A stretch of 64,000 bases of DNA from Candidatus Marinacidobacterium sp. GTDB taxonomy: Bacteria; Acidobacteriota; Vicinamibacteria; Marinacidobacterales; Marinacidobacteraceae. The DNA is taken from contig OZ242011.1 of assembly GCA_965204755.1 (NCBI GenBank), forward strand, positions 1,490,266 to 1,554,265, read 5' to 3'. Below the pieces are notes generated by a model. It saw only the letters and a program-made list of their open reading frames with translations. It was not told the DNA's origin and did no database searches. A program made the position numbers and the translations under genes. Numbering within the stretch: the stretch's first letter is position 1; the number at the start of each line of letters is the position of its first letter. This document shows, in pieces, positions 8,888-19,288 of the stretch.

Positions 8888-10234
8888 TCAGCGTCCGGAG
8901 GCGAGGCCGAGCAGCAAGTCCATCACATTCGTGCCCGTCGGGCCCGTGACGAGGAGGTCCCCGGTGGCCCCGAAGAGCGACCCGGAGTCGTTCCGCCGGA
9001 GCGTCTCCGCCGGGTCGAACCCGGCCCGGCGGGCGCGGTCGGCGCTGCCGCCGTCGGCGAACGCCCCGGCGGCGTCGGTCGGCCCGTCCGTGCCGTCCGT
9101 GCCGGCGGCGAGGATCGCCGCCCCCGGCGTCCCGGCGAGTCGGCCGGCGGCGGCCAGGGCGAATTCCTGGCAGCGCCCGCCGCGCCCGCCGCCCCGGACG
9201 CGGAGGGTCAGTTCCCCGCCGCCCACCAGCGCCGCCCGGCGTCCCGCCTCCCGCAGTTCCAACAGGCGGTCGGCGAACCGCCGCGCCGCCGGGTGGAGGT
9301 CCCCCGTCAGGTCGCGACCGAAGACTTCCACTTCGTAGCCGAGGTCGGCGGCGGCCCGCCCGGCGGCGTCCAGCGCGCGCCGGTTCGAGGCCAGGATGCG
9401 GTGTGGAAGCGGCCGATCCGCGCTCTTCGGGGTCTCGGGAACGCGGCCGGCCGCCCCTTCGACGAGCCGAGCGAGCACGGAGGCCGGAACGCGGCTCTCG
9501 AGATCGAATTCCCGGAGGACGCCGAGCGCTTCCCCGAAGGTGGTCGGGTCGGGGGTCGCCGGCCCGGAACCGATGGAAGCGAGCGAGTCGCCGACCACAT
9601 CGGAGATCAGGAGCGCGCCGGCGCGGCCCGGCGGGAGGAGCGGCAGCAACTGTCCGCCCTTGACCGCGGAGATGTGCTTCCGGACGGTGTTCATCCGGTG
9701 GATGTCCGCGCCGCTCTTCAGCAGCAGGGAGTTCACCTCCGACTTCTCTTCCAAGGTGATCCCGGGCACGGGTGCGGCGAGCAGCGCCGACGCCCCCCCG
9801 GTGAGCAGGAGGAGCGCCCGCCCCCGCCGCCCGGCGGCGCGGAGGTCGGCGAGCAGCCGCCCGGTGGCTTCGGCGGAGTCCCGGTCCGGGACCGGATGCC
9901 CCGCTTCTTCGACCGTGACCCCCGGGATTTCCAGCCGGTGGCCGCGCTTGACGATGATCCGCCCCCGGAGCGGCTCGCCGGCGAGCCGGGCCGCCGCCGC
10001 CCGTCCGAGCGCCGCCGCCGCCTTCCCGGCCCCGAGCAGGAGCAGCGGCCCTTCCCCCGGCGCCGCCGCCGGGAGCAGCGCCTGCCCCCGGAACCGCCAC
10101 CCGGTCCCGCGGCTGCCGCGGAGGTCCCGTTCGAGGATCGCGCCCGGTTCGGAGTCGGCGAGCCCGGCGCGGAAGATCGCCTCGAGGTCCCGCCGCAGCG
10201 CCGCCGGCGGCGCGCTCGTCCCCGGCGGGCTCAC
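8888..10234 (-). CDS. Glycerate kinase (GckA/TtuD, MOFRL family)
   Basis: 448 aa; motifs LLLLGAGKAA, VKRGH, LLTGGASALL and AGTDGTDGPTDAAGA are typical of glycerate 2-kinase/hydroxypyruvate reductase-type MOFRL proteins. Confidence 0.85.
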   Translation of the reverse strand: MSPPGTSAPPAALRRDLEAIFRAGLADSEPGAILERDLRGSRGTGWRFRGQALLPAAAPGEGPLLLLGAGKAAAALGRAAAARLAGEPLRGRIIVKRGHRLEIPGVTVEEAGHPVPDRDSAEATGRLLADLRAAGRRGRALLLLTGGASALLAAPVPGITLEEKSEVNSLLLKSGADIHRMNTVRKHISAVKGGQLLPLLPPGRAGALLISDVVGDSLASIGSGPATPDPTTFGEALGVLREFDLESRVPASVLARLVEGAAGRVPETPKSADRPLPHRILASNRRALDAAGRAAADLGYEVEVFGRDLTGDLHPAARRFADRLLELREAGRRAALVGGGELTLRVRGGGRGGRCQEFALAAAGRLAGTPGAAILAAGTDGTDGPTDAAGAFADGGSADRARRAGFDPAETLRRNDSGSLFGATGDLLVTGPTGTNVMDLLLGLASGR

Positions 10235-10401
10235 TGCGCCTTACAGTTTCCGGATGCCGGCCGGGGAGGAGTCGCGAAACCCCACCCGGCGGCACATCGT
10301 TCTGGCATTCGCGCCGATCGCCTTGGCGCTCCTCGCGCTCGCCGGACTCCTCCTCTTCCATTGGTGGAAGGCCTGAGTTCCGGACGGCGCCACTCGCCTC
10401 C

Positions 10402-10410
10402 AAGGAGAAG
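10402..10410 (+). promoter_or_regulatory. Shine-Dalgarno sequence (AAGGAGAAG) for the AIM24-family gene
   Basis: AAGGAG lies 8-10 nt upstream of the ATG at 10418. Confidence 0.5.
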
Positions 10411-10417
10411 AACACGC

Positions 10418-11419
10418 ATGGCGGACAGGCAATGGTATGTGGCGGAAGCCGGGCGGACGCTCGGCCCGTTCCCGGCTTCCGAAGTCGCCCGGGGGATCCA
10501 CTCCGGCCGGTGGACGAGACAGACGCAGGTCTGCCCGGAGGGCGGGACCGACTGGAAGCCGGCGGCCGCCCATCCCGAACTCTCCGGCGGCGCGCTCGGC
10601 GGCGGAGCGCCCCGGCCCCCGGCCCCGACGCGGATGCACGAGGTGGACTACGAGGTCTTCGGCGAGGAGATGCAGTTCGTGGAGATCGAACTCGACCCCG
10701 CCGAAGGGGCGATCGCCGAAGCCGGGGCGATGATGTTCATGGACGCCGGCATCGAGATGCAGACCATCTTCGGGGACGGCGGCGAGAGCGGGTTCATGGG
10801 CAAACTGCTCGGCGCCGGGAAGCGGCTGCTCACCGGCGAGAGCCTGTTCATGACCGAGTTCGTGAACCAGCGGGGCGGCGGCAAACAGCGGGTGGCCTTC
10901 GCCTCGCCCTATCCGGGGAAGATCCTGCCGGTGCAGTTGTCCGAACTGGGCGGGAAACTCATCGCCCAGAAGGACGCCTTCCTGTGCGCGGCGAAGGGCG
11001 TGTCGCTCGGCATCCACTTCCAGAAGAAGATCGGCACCGCGCTCTTCGGCGGCGAGGGCTTCATCATGCAGTCGCTCGAGGGCGACGGGCTGGCGTTCCT
11101 CCACGCCGGCGGGACGATCGTGCGGAAGGAGTTGGCGGCGGGGGAGAACCTGCGGGTGGACACCGGCTGCCTGGTGGCGCTCGCGCCCTCCGTCCACTAC
11201 GACATCCAGTTCGTGGGCGGGATCAAGTCCGCCATCTTCGGCGGCGAAGGGTTCTTCTTCGCCAGCCTCACCGGGCCCGGCTGGGTCTGGCTGCAGTCGC
11301 TCCCGTTCAGCCGGCTCGCCGGACGGATCCACCAGGCGGCGCCCCAGACCGGCGGCGGCGGCAAGGGCGAAGGCTCGCTGCTGGGCCGCCTCTCCGGCGT
11401 CGGCTGGGACGGGAGTTGA
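10418..11419 (+). CDS. TIGR00266/AIM24-family protein with N-terminal DUF4339 (GYF-like) domain
   Basis: ATG at 10418 is preceded by an RBS. MADRQWYVAEAGRTLGPF is the DUF4339 signature. The C-terminal part has the AIM24 pattern (…GESLFMTEF…GGEGFIMQSLEGDGLAFLHAGGTIV…GEGFFFASLTGPGWVWLQS). Confidence 0.85.
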   Translation: MADRQWYVAEAGRTLGPFPASEVARGIHSGRWTRQTQVCPEGGTDWKPAAAHPELSGGALGGGAPRPPAPTRMHEVDYEVFGEEMQFVEIELDPAEGAIAEAGAMMFMDAGIEMQTIFGDGGESGFMGKLLGAGKRLLTGESLFMTEFVNQRGGGKQRVAFASPYPGKILPVQLSELGGKLIAQKDAFLCAAKGVSLGIHFQKKIGTALFGGEGFIMQSLEGDGLAFLHAGGTIVRKELAAGENLRVDTGCLVALAPSVHYDIQFVGGIKSAIFGGEGFFFASLTGPGWVWLQSLPFSRLAGRIHQAAPQTGGGGKGEGSLLGRLSGVGWDGS

Positions 11420-11982
11420 CCCCGGTGGAGGCAGCCGCCTCCGGGAACGGCGCCGGGCCCTCGCCGGCCGCCGCCCGGTTCCTCGCCGGGTTCGACTGGG
11501 CCGGGTGGGAGCCGGACGAACTCGCCACGCTGCTGTTCATCGTGCGCGGCGGCCGGGTGCTGCTCATCGAGAAGCACCGCGGCCTGGGCGAGGGGAAGAT
11601 CAACGGCCCCGGCGGACGCATCGAACCGGGAGAGACCGCCGAGGCTGCCGCGGTCCGCGAGGTCGAGGAGGAGGTCCTGGTGCGTCCGACCGGCGTCCGC
11701 CGGATGGGCGAGTTGCGCTTCCAGTTCACGAGCGGCCACGCCATCGGCGTCGAGGTCTTCCGCGCCGACGACTGCGTCGGCGAGCCGGGCCCTACGGCGG
11801 AGGCCACCCCGTTCTGGGCGGACCTCGACGCCATCCCCTACGACCGCATGTGGGAAGACGACGCCGTCTGGCTCCCGTTCCTCCTCCGCGGCGAACCCTT
11901 CTCCGGCCGATTCGTCTTCGACGAGGACCGGATGCTGGAGAGCCGCCTCGAACCGAGCCCCGCCGCGCCCTCCGCCGGCTGA
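11416..11982 (+). CDS. NUDIX hydrolase (MutT-like)
   Basis: Nudix box GGRIEPGETAEAAAVREVEEEVLV. The TTG/GTG start at 11416-11425 overlaps the upstream stop. Confidence 0.85.
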   Translation: MTPVEAAASGNGAGPSPAAARFLAGFDWAGWEPDELATLLFIVRGGRVLLIEKHRGLGEGKINGPGGRIEPGETAEAAAVREVEEEVLVRPTGVRRMGELRFQFTSGHAIGVEVFRADDCVGEPGPTAEATPFWADLDAIPYDRMWEDDAVWLPFLLRGEPFSGRFVFDEDRMLESRLEPSPAAPSAG

Positions 11983-12070
11983 CGCCTCCCGCTGTCCGTC
12001 CGCCCGGCGTCCGGAACGGCTCGCCGCGCGGTTGAAGTCGGGCCGTGAAAGTGCGAAATTCGCGTTCGAG

Positions 12071-12889
12071 ATGCGAGCATGGGCGCCGAGGGCGGCTCTC
12101 GCGGTCGTCGTCGTCGGTCTGGTTGCTCTGGTCGTGGCGACCGCCCTTCGCAACCGGGCACCCGACGCCCCGGTTGCGGCGCCGGCTCCCGCCGACGACG
12201 CAGCCGGCGGGGACGACGCTCACGGTTCCGGGACCGGAGACGCCGATTCAGCCGAGCCCGACGACAGCCCGGAAGGCCGGCTGGTCGCGGCGGCGCTCGA
12301 CGGTGACGCCGCCGGCGTCGCCGCGCTCCTTGCGCAAGGCGTCTCGCCGCGAGCCAGGGACCGCGAGGGACGCGGCGCTCTTCACCGGGCCGCCGAGTCG
12401 GGGTCCGTGGAGACTCTCGACTTGCTGATCGAAGCCGGCGCCGAAGTGGACGGCTTGGACGGACAGGGCTTCACGCCGTTCGTGGCGGCCGCTTTCGCCG
12501 GGGCGCTTCCCACCGGGCTGCGCCTGCTGGCGCTCGGCGCCGATGTGGACGGGCAACGGGAGCCGCACTTCGTGACCGCCTTGGAGCAGGCCATGGCGGG
12601 ATGGCGCGCCGTGGACGGCACCGAAGCGATAAGCGAGGACCGGAGGCGTTTCGTGGAGGCCCTCTTCGAGGCCGGCGCGAACCCGAACCTCCAGAGCGTC
12701 ATGGGGCCACCCATCCGGTTCCTGCCGTGGTTCTTCGAAGACGAGGCCTTGGTGAACATGTTCTTCGACCACGGGGCAAGGCTCGACGACACGCCGCAAC
12801 TCTGGGTGTTCGAACGCCGGCCCGGACCGATCGGCCAACGGATCGCCGAAGCGGTTCGCGCCGCCAGGCAGCGGGCCTCCGAGCCATAG
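12071..12889 (+). CDS. Ankyrin-repeat protein with N-terminal membrane anchor/signal
   Basis: ATG at 12071; a hydrophobic N-terminus (AALAVVVVGLVALVVATAL) is followed by at least three ankyrin-like repeats (…GRGALHRAAESGSVETLDLLIEAGAEVD…). Confidence 0.7.
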   Translation: MRAWAPRAALAVVVVGLVALVVATALRNRAPDAPVAAPAPADDAAGGDDAHGSGTGDADSAEPDDSPEGRLVAAALDGDAAGVAALLAQGVSPRARDREGRGALHRAAESGSVETLDLLIEAGAEVDGLDGQGFTPFVAAAFAGALPTGLRLLALGADVDGQREPHFVTALEQAMAGWRAVDGTEAISEDRRRFVEALFEAGANPNLQSVMGPPIRFLPWFFEDEALVNMFFDHGARLDDTPQLWVFERRPGPIGQRIAEAVRAARQRASEP

Positions 12890-13006
12890 GCGTCCGCTTC
12901 GCCGGCTGTCGCCTCTCCGGCAGGGCTCACCGGGCGCTGCGGTGCGCCGCCGACCTCGAAAGGTCGTTTTCTCGGCGGCGGCGCCCGCCCCGCGCTCCGC
13001 GCCGGG

Positions 13007-15373
13007 GTGATCGGCCACTTCGCGGCGGCGGGCCGGGCCCTCGTCCGGGCCGGCAGCCGCGCGGCCGTTCCGGCGAGCGTGCTCGCGCTCGCGGTCGCCG
13101 CCGGTCAGACGGTCGTCGTCATCCGGGAGGCAGTTCTTTCGCGGCCGCTTCCCTACCCGGACGCGCAGGCGCTCGTTCGGATCGAAGCAGCCCGGAGTCC
13201 CGACGACCCGCGCGCAGCGGCCGGCTTCGGTGATCTCGTCACCATCCACGAAGCGGAGTTGCTGCGGCAGCACGCCTCCTCCGTGGCGGGCTTCGCCGCC
13301 TGGAGCGACACTTGGGCGACGGTCGGCAGCGAGTCGGGCCGTCCGGTTCGGGTCGTTCGCGCCTATCCGGGCCTGCTCGCCGCATTGGGCGTCCACCCTT
13401 CCTCGGGCGCCTCGTTCGCTCCCGAGCACTACGAGGCCGACCCGGAGCAGCCACCGGCGGTTCTGCTCGGTCACCGCCTCTGGAGGCGACTCGGCGGCTC
13501 CCCGGAGAACCCCGTACCGGAACTCACGCTGAACGGGACGCCGACACCGGTCTCGGGGGTCATGCCGGCGGGTTTTTTCTTCCCCGATCCGGACGCGGCC
13601 GCCTGGGTCCCGACCCGGGAACTTCGACCCTCGCGCCAGAACCGGGGATCCGCCCAACGACTCGTCGGGAGGCTCGCTCCGGGCGCATCACCTGCGGCGG
13701 CTTCCTCGGAACTGACCGCCATCCTGCAGAGCGGCGGCAACCTGCGCCCGGACGAGAGCGTCCGGGTGACCCGCCTGGCCGATGTGGTGACGGCGGGCGT
13801 CCGGCCGGCGCTCGACCTGCTCCTGTGGGGCGCGCTCCTGCTGACGCTGGCCGCCTCGGTCAGCATGACCGCCCTCCGCATGTCGGCGATGCTCGCGGAA
13901 CGCGTCGCCGCGGCGACGCGGCGGGCGCTCGGCGCTTCGTCGGGAGACGAACTGCGCCGCGCGCTTTCGCGGGTCGTCGTCCAAGCCGTATTCGTCGGCG
14001 CGGCGGCCAGTCTGGTCGCGTTCTGGCTCATTTCCGCGGCGCGCCGGTTCGCCGGCGCCGTGCCTTTCTCGGAATCGTGGGGCCTCACGCCGGCCGGCGT
14101 CGGCCTCGGGTTCGCCCTGGCGCTCGTCGCGGTGGCCATTTCCGAGACACCGGCCGTGTTCGCGGCGCTGCGCCACCCGCCGCGGCTGGTGGGGGCGCAG
14201 CCGCTCACTCCGGGAACCGGGGCGCTCGCGTCCTCCTACCTCGCCTTCGGAACTCTTGCTTCGACGGCGATGCTCATCGCGGCGGGGGCGTTCAGCGCTC
14301 GGGCCTTCGATCTCGTACGGGGCCTCGGCGGCTATTCCGCGGAGGGGTTGGCGCAACTCACCGTGGACTTCGGCGGTACGACTCGGCCGCCGTCCCACGA
14401 CGAAAAGGCCGCGGCGCTGAAGCGCGCCGCCGACCGCCTCCGCGCCCTCCCGGGCGTGGTGGAAGTCGGTTACGCGGACGCCCTCCCCGACGCCATGGGC
14501 CGGGTGAATTTCGAGAGTTTCGAGCCCGGCGCCGCCGCCTTCACGGAGATCCGGGCGAGCCCTCGACTGCTCCAGACCCTCGGGCTCGAAGTACTTCGGG
14601 GACGCGGGCTCCTCGAGACGGACGACCCGCCGGCGGAAACGGTCGCCGTGCTGTCGCGCTCCCTGGCGCTGCGGCAGGGCGGCGATCCGATGAACCGGAT
14701 GATCGGGTCGAGGGGCTCCGAGGCGCGCGCCGTCGGCGTCACGGCGGATGTGCTGCGCTTTCCCGCCGAGGCGGCGCCGCCCGCGGCGTACATCCCGTTC
14801 GCCGAGCCGCCGATCGCCGCGATGCCGGCGCCGCGCGCCGAGATCGTGGTCCGGTTCGACCGCGCCGTTCGCGAGGCGGACGCCGCCGCGCTCGCGCGGG
14901 AAGTCGCCTCGGCCGCCCCGGCGCTCCGAATCCTGCGCGCCGAATCCGTGCGAGATCGCCGCGCCCGTCTGCTCGGCGGCAATGTCCTCGCTGCGGCGCT
15001 GGTGGCGCTCTTCGCGGCGGTTTCGGCGCTCTTGGCAGTCGTGGGCGCGGTGGGTCTGGTGGTCGAGACCGCGGCCCGGCGAGTCCGGCGCCTCGCGATC
15101 CTCCAGGCCGTGGGCGCCCCGCCGGACGCCGTCGTCCGGGCCGCCGCCGGCCGCAGCGGGTGGGCGTCCGGGGTCGGCGTCGGTTTGGGGGTCGCCGGCG
15201 GGTGGGTGCTCCTGCGGGTCGTGGGGAGCCGGATCGCCTGGGTGGAGACCGGGGACTGGACGCTCTACGCCGGGCCGGCCGCGCTCATGGGGCTCGCCCT
15301 GCTCGCCGCGTGCGCCGCGACCGGGCTCCGGGCGCTTCGCGCCAACCCTTGGGCGGCGCTTCGTTCGTTGTAA
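13007..15373 (+). CDS. ABC transporter permease, ADOP family (duplicated MacB/FtsX-like)
   Basis: 788 aa with two MacB-periplasmic plus FtsX modules. The GTG start at 13007 precedes a typical N-terminal helix. Confidence 0.85.
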   Translation: MIGHFAAAGRALVRAGSRAAVPASVLALAVAAGQTVVVIREAVLSRPLPYPDAQALVRIEAARSPDDPRAAAGFGDLVTIHEAELLRQHASSVAGFAAWSDTWATVGSESGRPVRVVRAYPGLLAALGVHPSSGASFAPEHYEADPEQPPAVLLGHRLWRRLGGSPENPVPELTLNGTPTPVSGVMPAGFFFPDPDAAAWVPTRELRPSRQNRGSAQRLVGRLAPGASPAAASSELTAILQSGGNLRPDESVRVTRLADVVTAGVRPALDLLLWGALLLTLAASVSMTALRMSAMLAERVAAATRRALGASSGDELRRALSRVVVQAVFVGAAASLVAFWLISAARRFAGAVPFSESWGLTPAGVGLGFALALVAVAISETPAVFAALRHPPRLVGAQPLTPGTGALASSYLAFGTLASTAMLIAAGAFSARAFDLVRGLGGYSAEGLAQLTVDFGGTTRPPSHDEKAAALKRAADRLRALPGVVEVGYADALPDAMGRVNFESFEPGAAAFTEIRASPRLLQTLGLEVLRGRGLLETDDPPAETVAVLSRSLALRQGGDPMNRMIGSRGSEARAVGVTADVLRFPAEAAPPAAYIPFAEPPIAAMPAPRAEIVVRFDRAVREADAAALAREVASAAPALRILRAESVRDRRARLLGGNVLAAALVALFAAVSALLAVVGAVGLVVETAARRVRRLAILQAVGAPPDAVVRAAAGRSGWASGVGVGLGVAGGWVLLRVVGSRIAWVETGDWTLYAGPAALMGLALLAACAATGLRALRANPWAALRSL

Positions 15374-15413
15374 CCCAGCGCCGCCCGTTAGGGCCTCGGC
15401 GTTCTCCCGGCGG

Positions 15414-18400
15414 TTACCCGGTCTTCTGCGAGCGGGCCGGGGCCACCGGCTCCGCGCCGGCGTCGGTGAGTTGGCGGTTCAGGTCGTCGAGGCGGGGGCC
15501 GAGGGCGGTGTCCAACTGCTCCAGGTGGGCGTCGAGTTCGCCGGAGAGTTCCTCGAAGACGGCGTAGGCGCCGTCGGTGGGTTTGGCGTCGCCGGTTTCC
15601 ACGCTGCGGCGGAGGGAGGCGAGGCGGTTGTTCAGCCGGATCGGGAAGTTCAGAGGATCCTGGTTGCTGCGGTTCTTGGTCTGGTAGAGCGCTTCCTCGA
15701 TCTCGGTGAGGTCGGCGGTGAGTTCGCCGCCGGCTTCCAGCACGCCCCGGTCGCTGGTTCCTTCGAGGCGTTCCTCCAACCGGGCGCGGACCTCGCGGAT
15801 GCGGATCACCGCCTCATTCGCCGAGGTGGTGCGGTCGCGGATCCGGCTGGCCAACTCGAACTGCTCCACCAGGTCGGCGGTGCTCACGCCCTCGAGCCGC
15901 GGATCGGCGATCAGGGTGAGCGTCGTCGTCTCGGTGACGCCGGCGGCTTCCACGCTGACTTCGTAGTCGCCCGGAGGCGCCTTGGGGCCGCTGGTGGCGC
16001 GGGCGCTCCAGAGGATCATTCCCTCGAACTCCGCCGCGCCCCGGTAGCGGCCGTTCCAGACGAAACGGTTCAGCCCGCCGGCGGTCGTCGGCGACGAAGA
16101 ACGGCGGGAGCGGAACCAGGAAAAGTCCGGCTCGGCTTCCCAGTCCGGTTCGGTTCCTTCGAAGCGGTCCACCAGGTTGCCCGATGCATCGTGGATCTCG
16201 ACGGTGACTTTCTCCGCTTCCGAAGCGAGGTGGTACTGGATCACCGCGTCCTGGACGCCGCGCACCGCCCGCCCGGGTTCGAAGACGGTCAGGGCGGCGT
16301 TTTCCGTGTCCGCCGCGAGTTGGCGCAGCGGTTCGATGTCGTCGAGGATCCAGAACCCGCGTCCGTGGGTGCCGAGCACCACATCGCTCCCCTTCACCAC
16401 GAGGTCGCGTATGGGCGTGTCCGGCAGGTTCTGCTGGAGCGCCTGCCAACGATCCCCGTCGTTTAGCGATACATAGGCGCCGTGCTCCGTTCCGAGGAAC
16501 AGGAGTCCTTGGCGCACCGGGTCTTCGCGCACCGCGCGGGCGAAGTGGCCGGGGGCGATTCCGTCCACGATCTTCGTCCAGGTGGCGCCGTAGTCGGTCG
16601 TGCGGAAGACATACGGTTCGCGGTCGTCCACCTGGTACCGGTTCGCCGCGACGAACGCGGTCCCCGGACGGTGGGACGATTCTTCGATGATGCTCACCCG
16701 GCTGAACTTCGGCAGGTCCGGCGGAGTGATCTCGGTCCAGGCGGCGCCGTGGTCGCGGGTGAGGTGGAGGCGGCCGTCGTCGGAGCCGACCCAAATCGTG
16801 TCGATGTCGTGCTGCGACGGAGCGGCGGCGAAGATCGTCGCGTAGATCTCCGGCCCGTTCATGTCCATGGTGATGAGGCCGCCGGTCTCGCCGAGCGTCT
16901 CCGGGTCGGCGTAGGTGAGGTCGGGGCTGATCTTCGTCCACGACTGCCCGTCGTTCGTCGTCATGTACAGGAATTGCGAACTGGTGTAGAGCCGGTTCTC
17001 GTCGAGGGGCGAGAACACGATCGGGAAAGTCCACTGCCAGCGGTCGGGAAGCGCGCTCGCCGGTTCGCCGGAGAAGAACCGCGGATAGACCTGGATGTCC
17101 CGGATCTGTCCGTTCGCGCGGTTGTAGCGGGTCAGCAGCGCTCCCTGGCTGCCGGCGTAGAACACATCCAGGTTCGACGGGTGCTGGGTGATGTAGCCGC
17201 TCTCGCCGCCGCCGGCCGCGTAGTACCAACGGCTGCCCGGCCCCCGCGCCTGCATGTGGTCCCAACCCTCGCTGGGAACGCAGATCGTGGAGTTGTCCTG
17301 CTGCGCCCCGCATACATGGTAGGGAAAGTCGTTCGTGACATTCACATGGTACAACTGCGTGGTCGAATACGCCTGACCGGTCCAGGTGTCGCCGCCGTTG
17401 ACGGAGACATTGCCGCCGCCGTCGTTCGAGTTGCACATGCGCATCGGATCGTTCGGGTCGATCCAGAGGTCGTGCTGGTCTCCGTGCGGCGGACGAATGA
17501 CATGGTCGAAGGTCTCGCCGCCGTCGTCCGAACGGTAGAAGCCGGTATTCAGCGCATACACCCGTTCCGGATCCACCGGGTCGGCATACACCCGCGAGTA
17601 GTAGAAGGCGCGCTGGCGCAGTTTCCGCTCGTTGTTCGTGAGGCGCCAGGTGGCGCCCCGGTCGTCGGAGCGGAACACGCCGCCTTCGGGCGCTTCCACG
17701 ATGGCCCATACCCGGTCCGGATTCGCCGGCGAAACGGTCACGCCGATCTTTCCGATCGGGCCGGCCGGCATTCCCGGGTTCTCCGTGAGTTCGGTCCAGG
17801 TGTCTCCGCCGTCGTCGGAGCGGTAGAGCCCGGAATCGGGGCCGCCGCCCCACATCTTCCAGGCCTTCCGGTACACCTGCCACAGGGTGGCGTAGAGCAC
17901 CTGCGGATTCGTCCGGTCGATGATGAGGTCGGCTGCGCCGGCTTTCGGGCTCGCGAAGAGGATCCGCTCCCAGGTGTTCCCGCCGTCCGTCGAGCGGAAG
18001 ACGCCGCGTTCCTCGTTGTCGCCGTAGGGATGGCCGAGGGCGGCCACATACACGATGTCCGGATTCACCGGATGGATGCGGATCCGGGCGACCGCCTGGG
18101 TGTCCGCGAGGCCCACATGCCGCCAGGTCTTCCCGCCGTCGCCGCTGCGATAGACGCCGTCGCCCTGGGTGATGCTGCCGCGCAACTGCGTTTCACCTCC
18201 GCCGATGAAGACGATGTCCGGGTTGGTCTCCGCCACCGCGACCGCGCCGATCGAGGAACTCGAGATCTGGCCGTCGGTCACCGGGAACCAGGTGGTTCCC
18301 GAGTCGAGGGTCTTCCACAACCCCCCGCCGGTCGCGCCGAAGTAGTACTCGTGGCGGCGCCCCGGGCTGCCGGAGCAGCCGAGGGACCGTCCGCCGCGCA

Positions 18401-18605
18401 GCGGGCCGATGTTGCGCCACTGCATCGGGCGGAGGAAGGACTCGTCGAGCGTGAGGTCGGCGGCCCCGTCCTGCGCGGCGGCGCCCGGCGCGGCGAAGGC
18501 CGGCGCGAGGAGCGCGGTCAGCGAAGTCGCGAGGGCGGTCGAAGTGCGCCGGAGGGACCGGCGGGCGGGATGCGGCCGGGATTTCGACCTGCGAAGAATG
18601 GACAT
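15414..18605 (-). CDS. Secreted BNR/Asp-box repeat glycosyl-hydrolase-like protein (sortilin/VPS10 / GH74-like beta-propeller)
   Basis: 1063 aa with a signal peptide (…AFAAPGAAAQDG) and many S-x-D-x-G-x-T-W Asp-box repeats (SGDGGKTW, STDGGNTW, SDDGGDTW, SDDRGATW, SNDGGG…, TNDGQSW, TRDHGAAW, TTDYGATW). Confidence 0.9.
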   Translation of the reverse strand: MSILRRSKSRPHPARRSLRRTSTALATSLTALLAPAFAAPGAAAQDGAADLTLDESFLRPMQWRNIGPLRGGRSLGCSGSPGRRHEYYFGATGGGLWKTLDSGTTWFPVTDGQISSSSIGAVAVAETNPDIVFIGGGETQLRGSITQGDGVYRSGDGGKTWRHVGLADTQAVARIRIHPVNPDIVYVAALGHPYGDNEERGVFRSTDGGNTWERILFASPKAGAADLIIDRTNPQVLYATLWQVYRKAWKMWGGGPDSGLYRSDDGGDTWTELTENPGMPAGPIGKIGVTVSPANPDRVWAIVEAPEGGVFRSDDRGATWRLTNNERKLRQRAFYYSRVYADPVDPERVYALNTGFYRSDDGGETFDHVIRPPHGDQHDLWIDPNDPMRMCNSNDGGGNVSVNGGDTWTGQAYSTTQLYHVNVTNDFPYHVCGAQQDNSTICVPSEGWDHMQARGPGSRWYYAAGGGESGYITQHPSNLDVFYAGSQGALLTRYNRANGQIRDIQVYPRFFSGEPASALPDRWQWTFPIVFSPLDENRLYTSSQFLYMTTNDGQSWTKISPDLTYADPETLGETGGLITMDMNGPEIYATIFAAAPSQHDIDTIWVGSDDGRLHLTRDHGAAWTEITPPDLPKFSRVSIIEESSHRPGTAFVAANRYQVDDREPYVFRTTDYGATWTKIVDGIAPGHFARAVREDPVRQGLLFLGTEHGAYVSLNDGDRWQALQQNLPDTPIRDLVVKGSDVVLGTHGRGFWILDDIEPLRQLAADTENAALTVFEPGRAVRGVQDAVIQYHLASEAEKVTVEIHDASGNLVDRFEGTEPDWEAEPDFSWFRSRRSSSPTTAGGLNRFVWNGRYRGAAEFEGMILWSARATSGPKAPPGDYEVSVEAAGVTETTTLTLIADPRLEGVSTADLVEQFELASRIRDRTTSANEAVIRIREVRARLEERLEGTSDRGVLEAGGELTADLTEIEEALYQTKNRSNQDPLNFPIRLNNRLASLRRSVETGDAKPTDGAYAVFEELSGELDAHLEQLDTALGPRLDDLNRQLTDAGAEPVAPARSQKTG

Positions 18606-18893
18606 GGCGGAACTCCTTTCGGTAAGCGGAAGTCCGGCGAGCGGAATCGGAGCGAACGGGAAAGCATATGAAACGCGCCGCCCCGGGGCGCGGCGCGCCG
18701 GCGAAGCGCCGACCGGGCAGGAGTGCGGGGAGGGGCCTTCCCACGAAAGAAGGCGGGGGGGTCGCGCCGCGATTCGCGCCGCCGGCCCGCAGGAAGAGCG
18801 TCCAGTCAGCGAACCGGACGGGGACTTCGCGCGCTCCGGTCGAGGAGCGGAGGGCGGGGCCCCCTCGACGGGCTGTTAGCATTTTCGCCACCG

Positions 18894-19166
18894 ATGGCCA
18901 ACCGCTCCCGTCAGACCTTCCTCAAGCGGCGGAAGGAGAAGGAACGGGCCGCCCGCCAGAAGGCCAAGGAGATGCGCCGCCGGGAGCGCGCGCTCGAACG
19001 GGCCTCCGAAGGTCCCCGGCCGACCGGCGCCGACCGGGACATCGAGGGCATCGTCGCCGGTCCGCAGGAACCGGTGTGGAAGATGGCCGGCGTCCTCACC
19101 GACGACGAGATCGACGAGATCGAGGCCGCCGAAGAAGCGGCCCGCCAGGAAGAGGCGAAGCGATAG
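18894..19166 (+). CDS. Hypothetical small charged (Lys/Arg/Glu-rich) protein
   Basis: ATG at 18894 (MANRSRQTFLKRRKEKERAARQKAKEMRRRERALE…DDEIDEIEAAEEAARQEEAKR), 90 aa. The upstream part of ORF 18723 is junk-like. Confidence 0.45.
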   Translation: MANRSRQTFLKRRKEKERAARQKAKEMRRRERALERASEGPRPTGADRDIEGIVAGPQEPVWKMAGVLTDDEIDEIEAAEEAARQEEAKR

Positions 19167-19288
19167 GAACCGGCGGGGTCGGGGCTCCCCCGGCTTTCGG
19201 AAACCGGTCCTTCCGCCCGCGCGGACTCAGGTGCGCGGGCCCGAGGCCGGCGCCGCCCCCCTTTTCGGAGCGGCGCCGGCGGGCCGGG

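Noticed and set aside
15814-17883. 689-aa minus ORF and 16482..18671 plus ORF inside the BNR hydrolase gene
   Set aside because: They are alternative frames of, or antisense to, the 1063-aa Asp-box protein. Both have Arg/Pro-rich junk composition.
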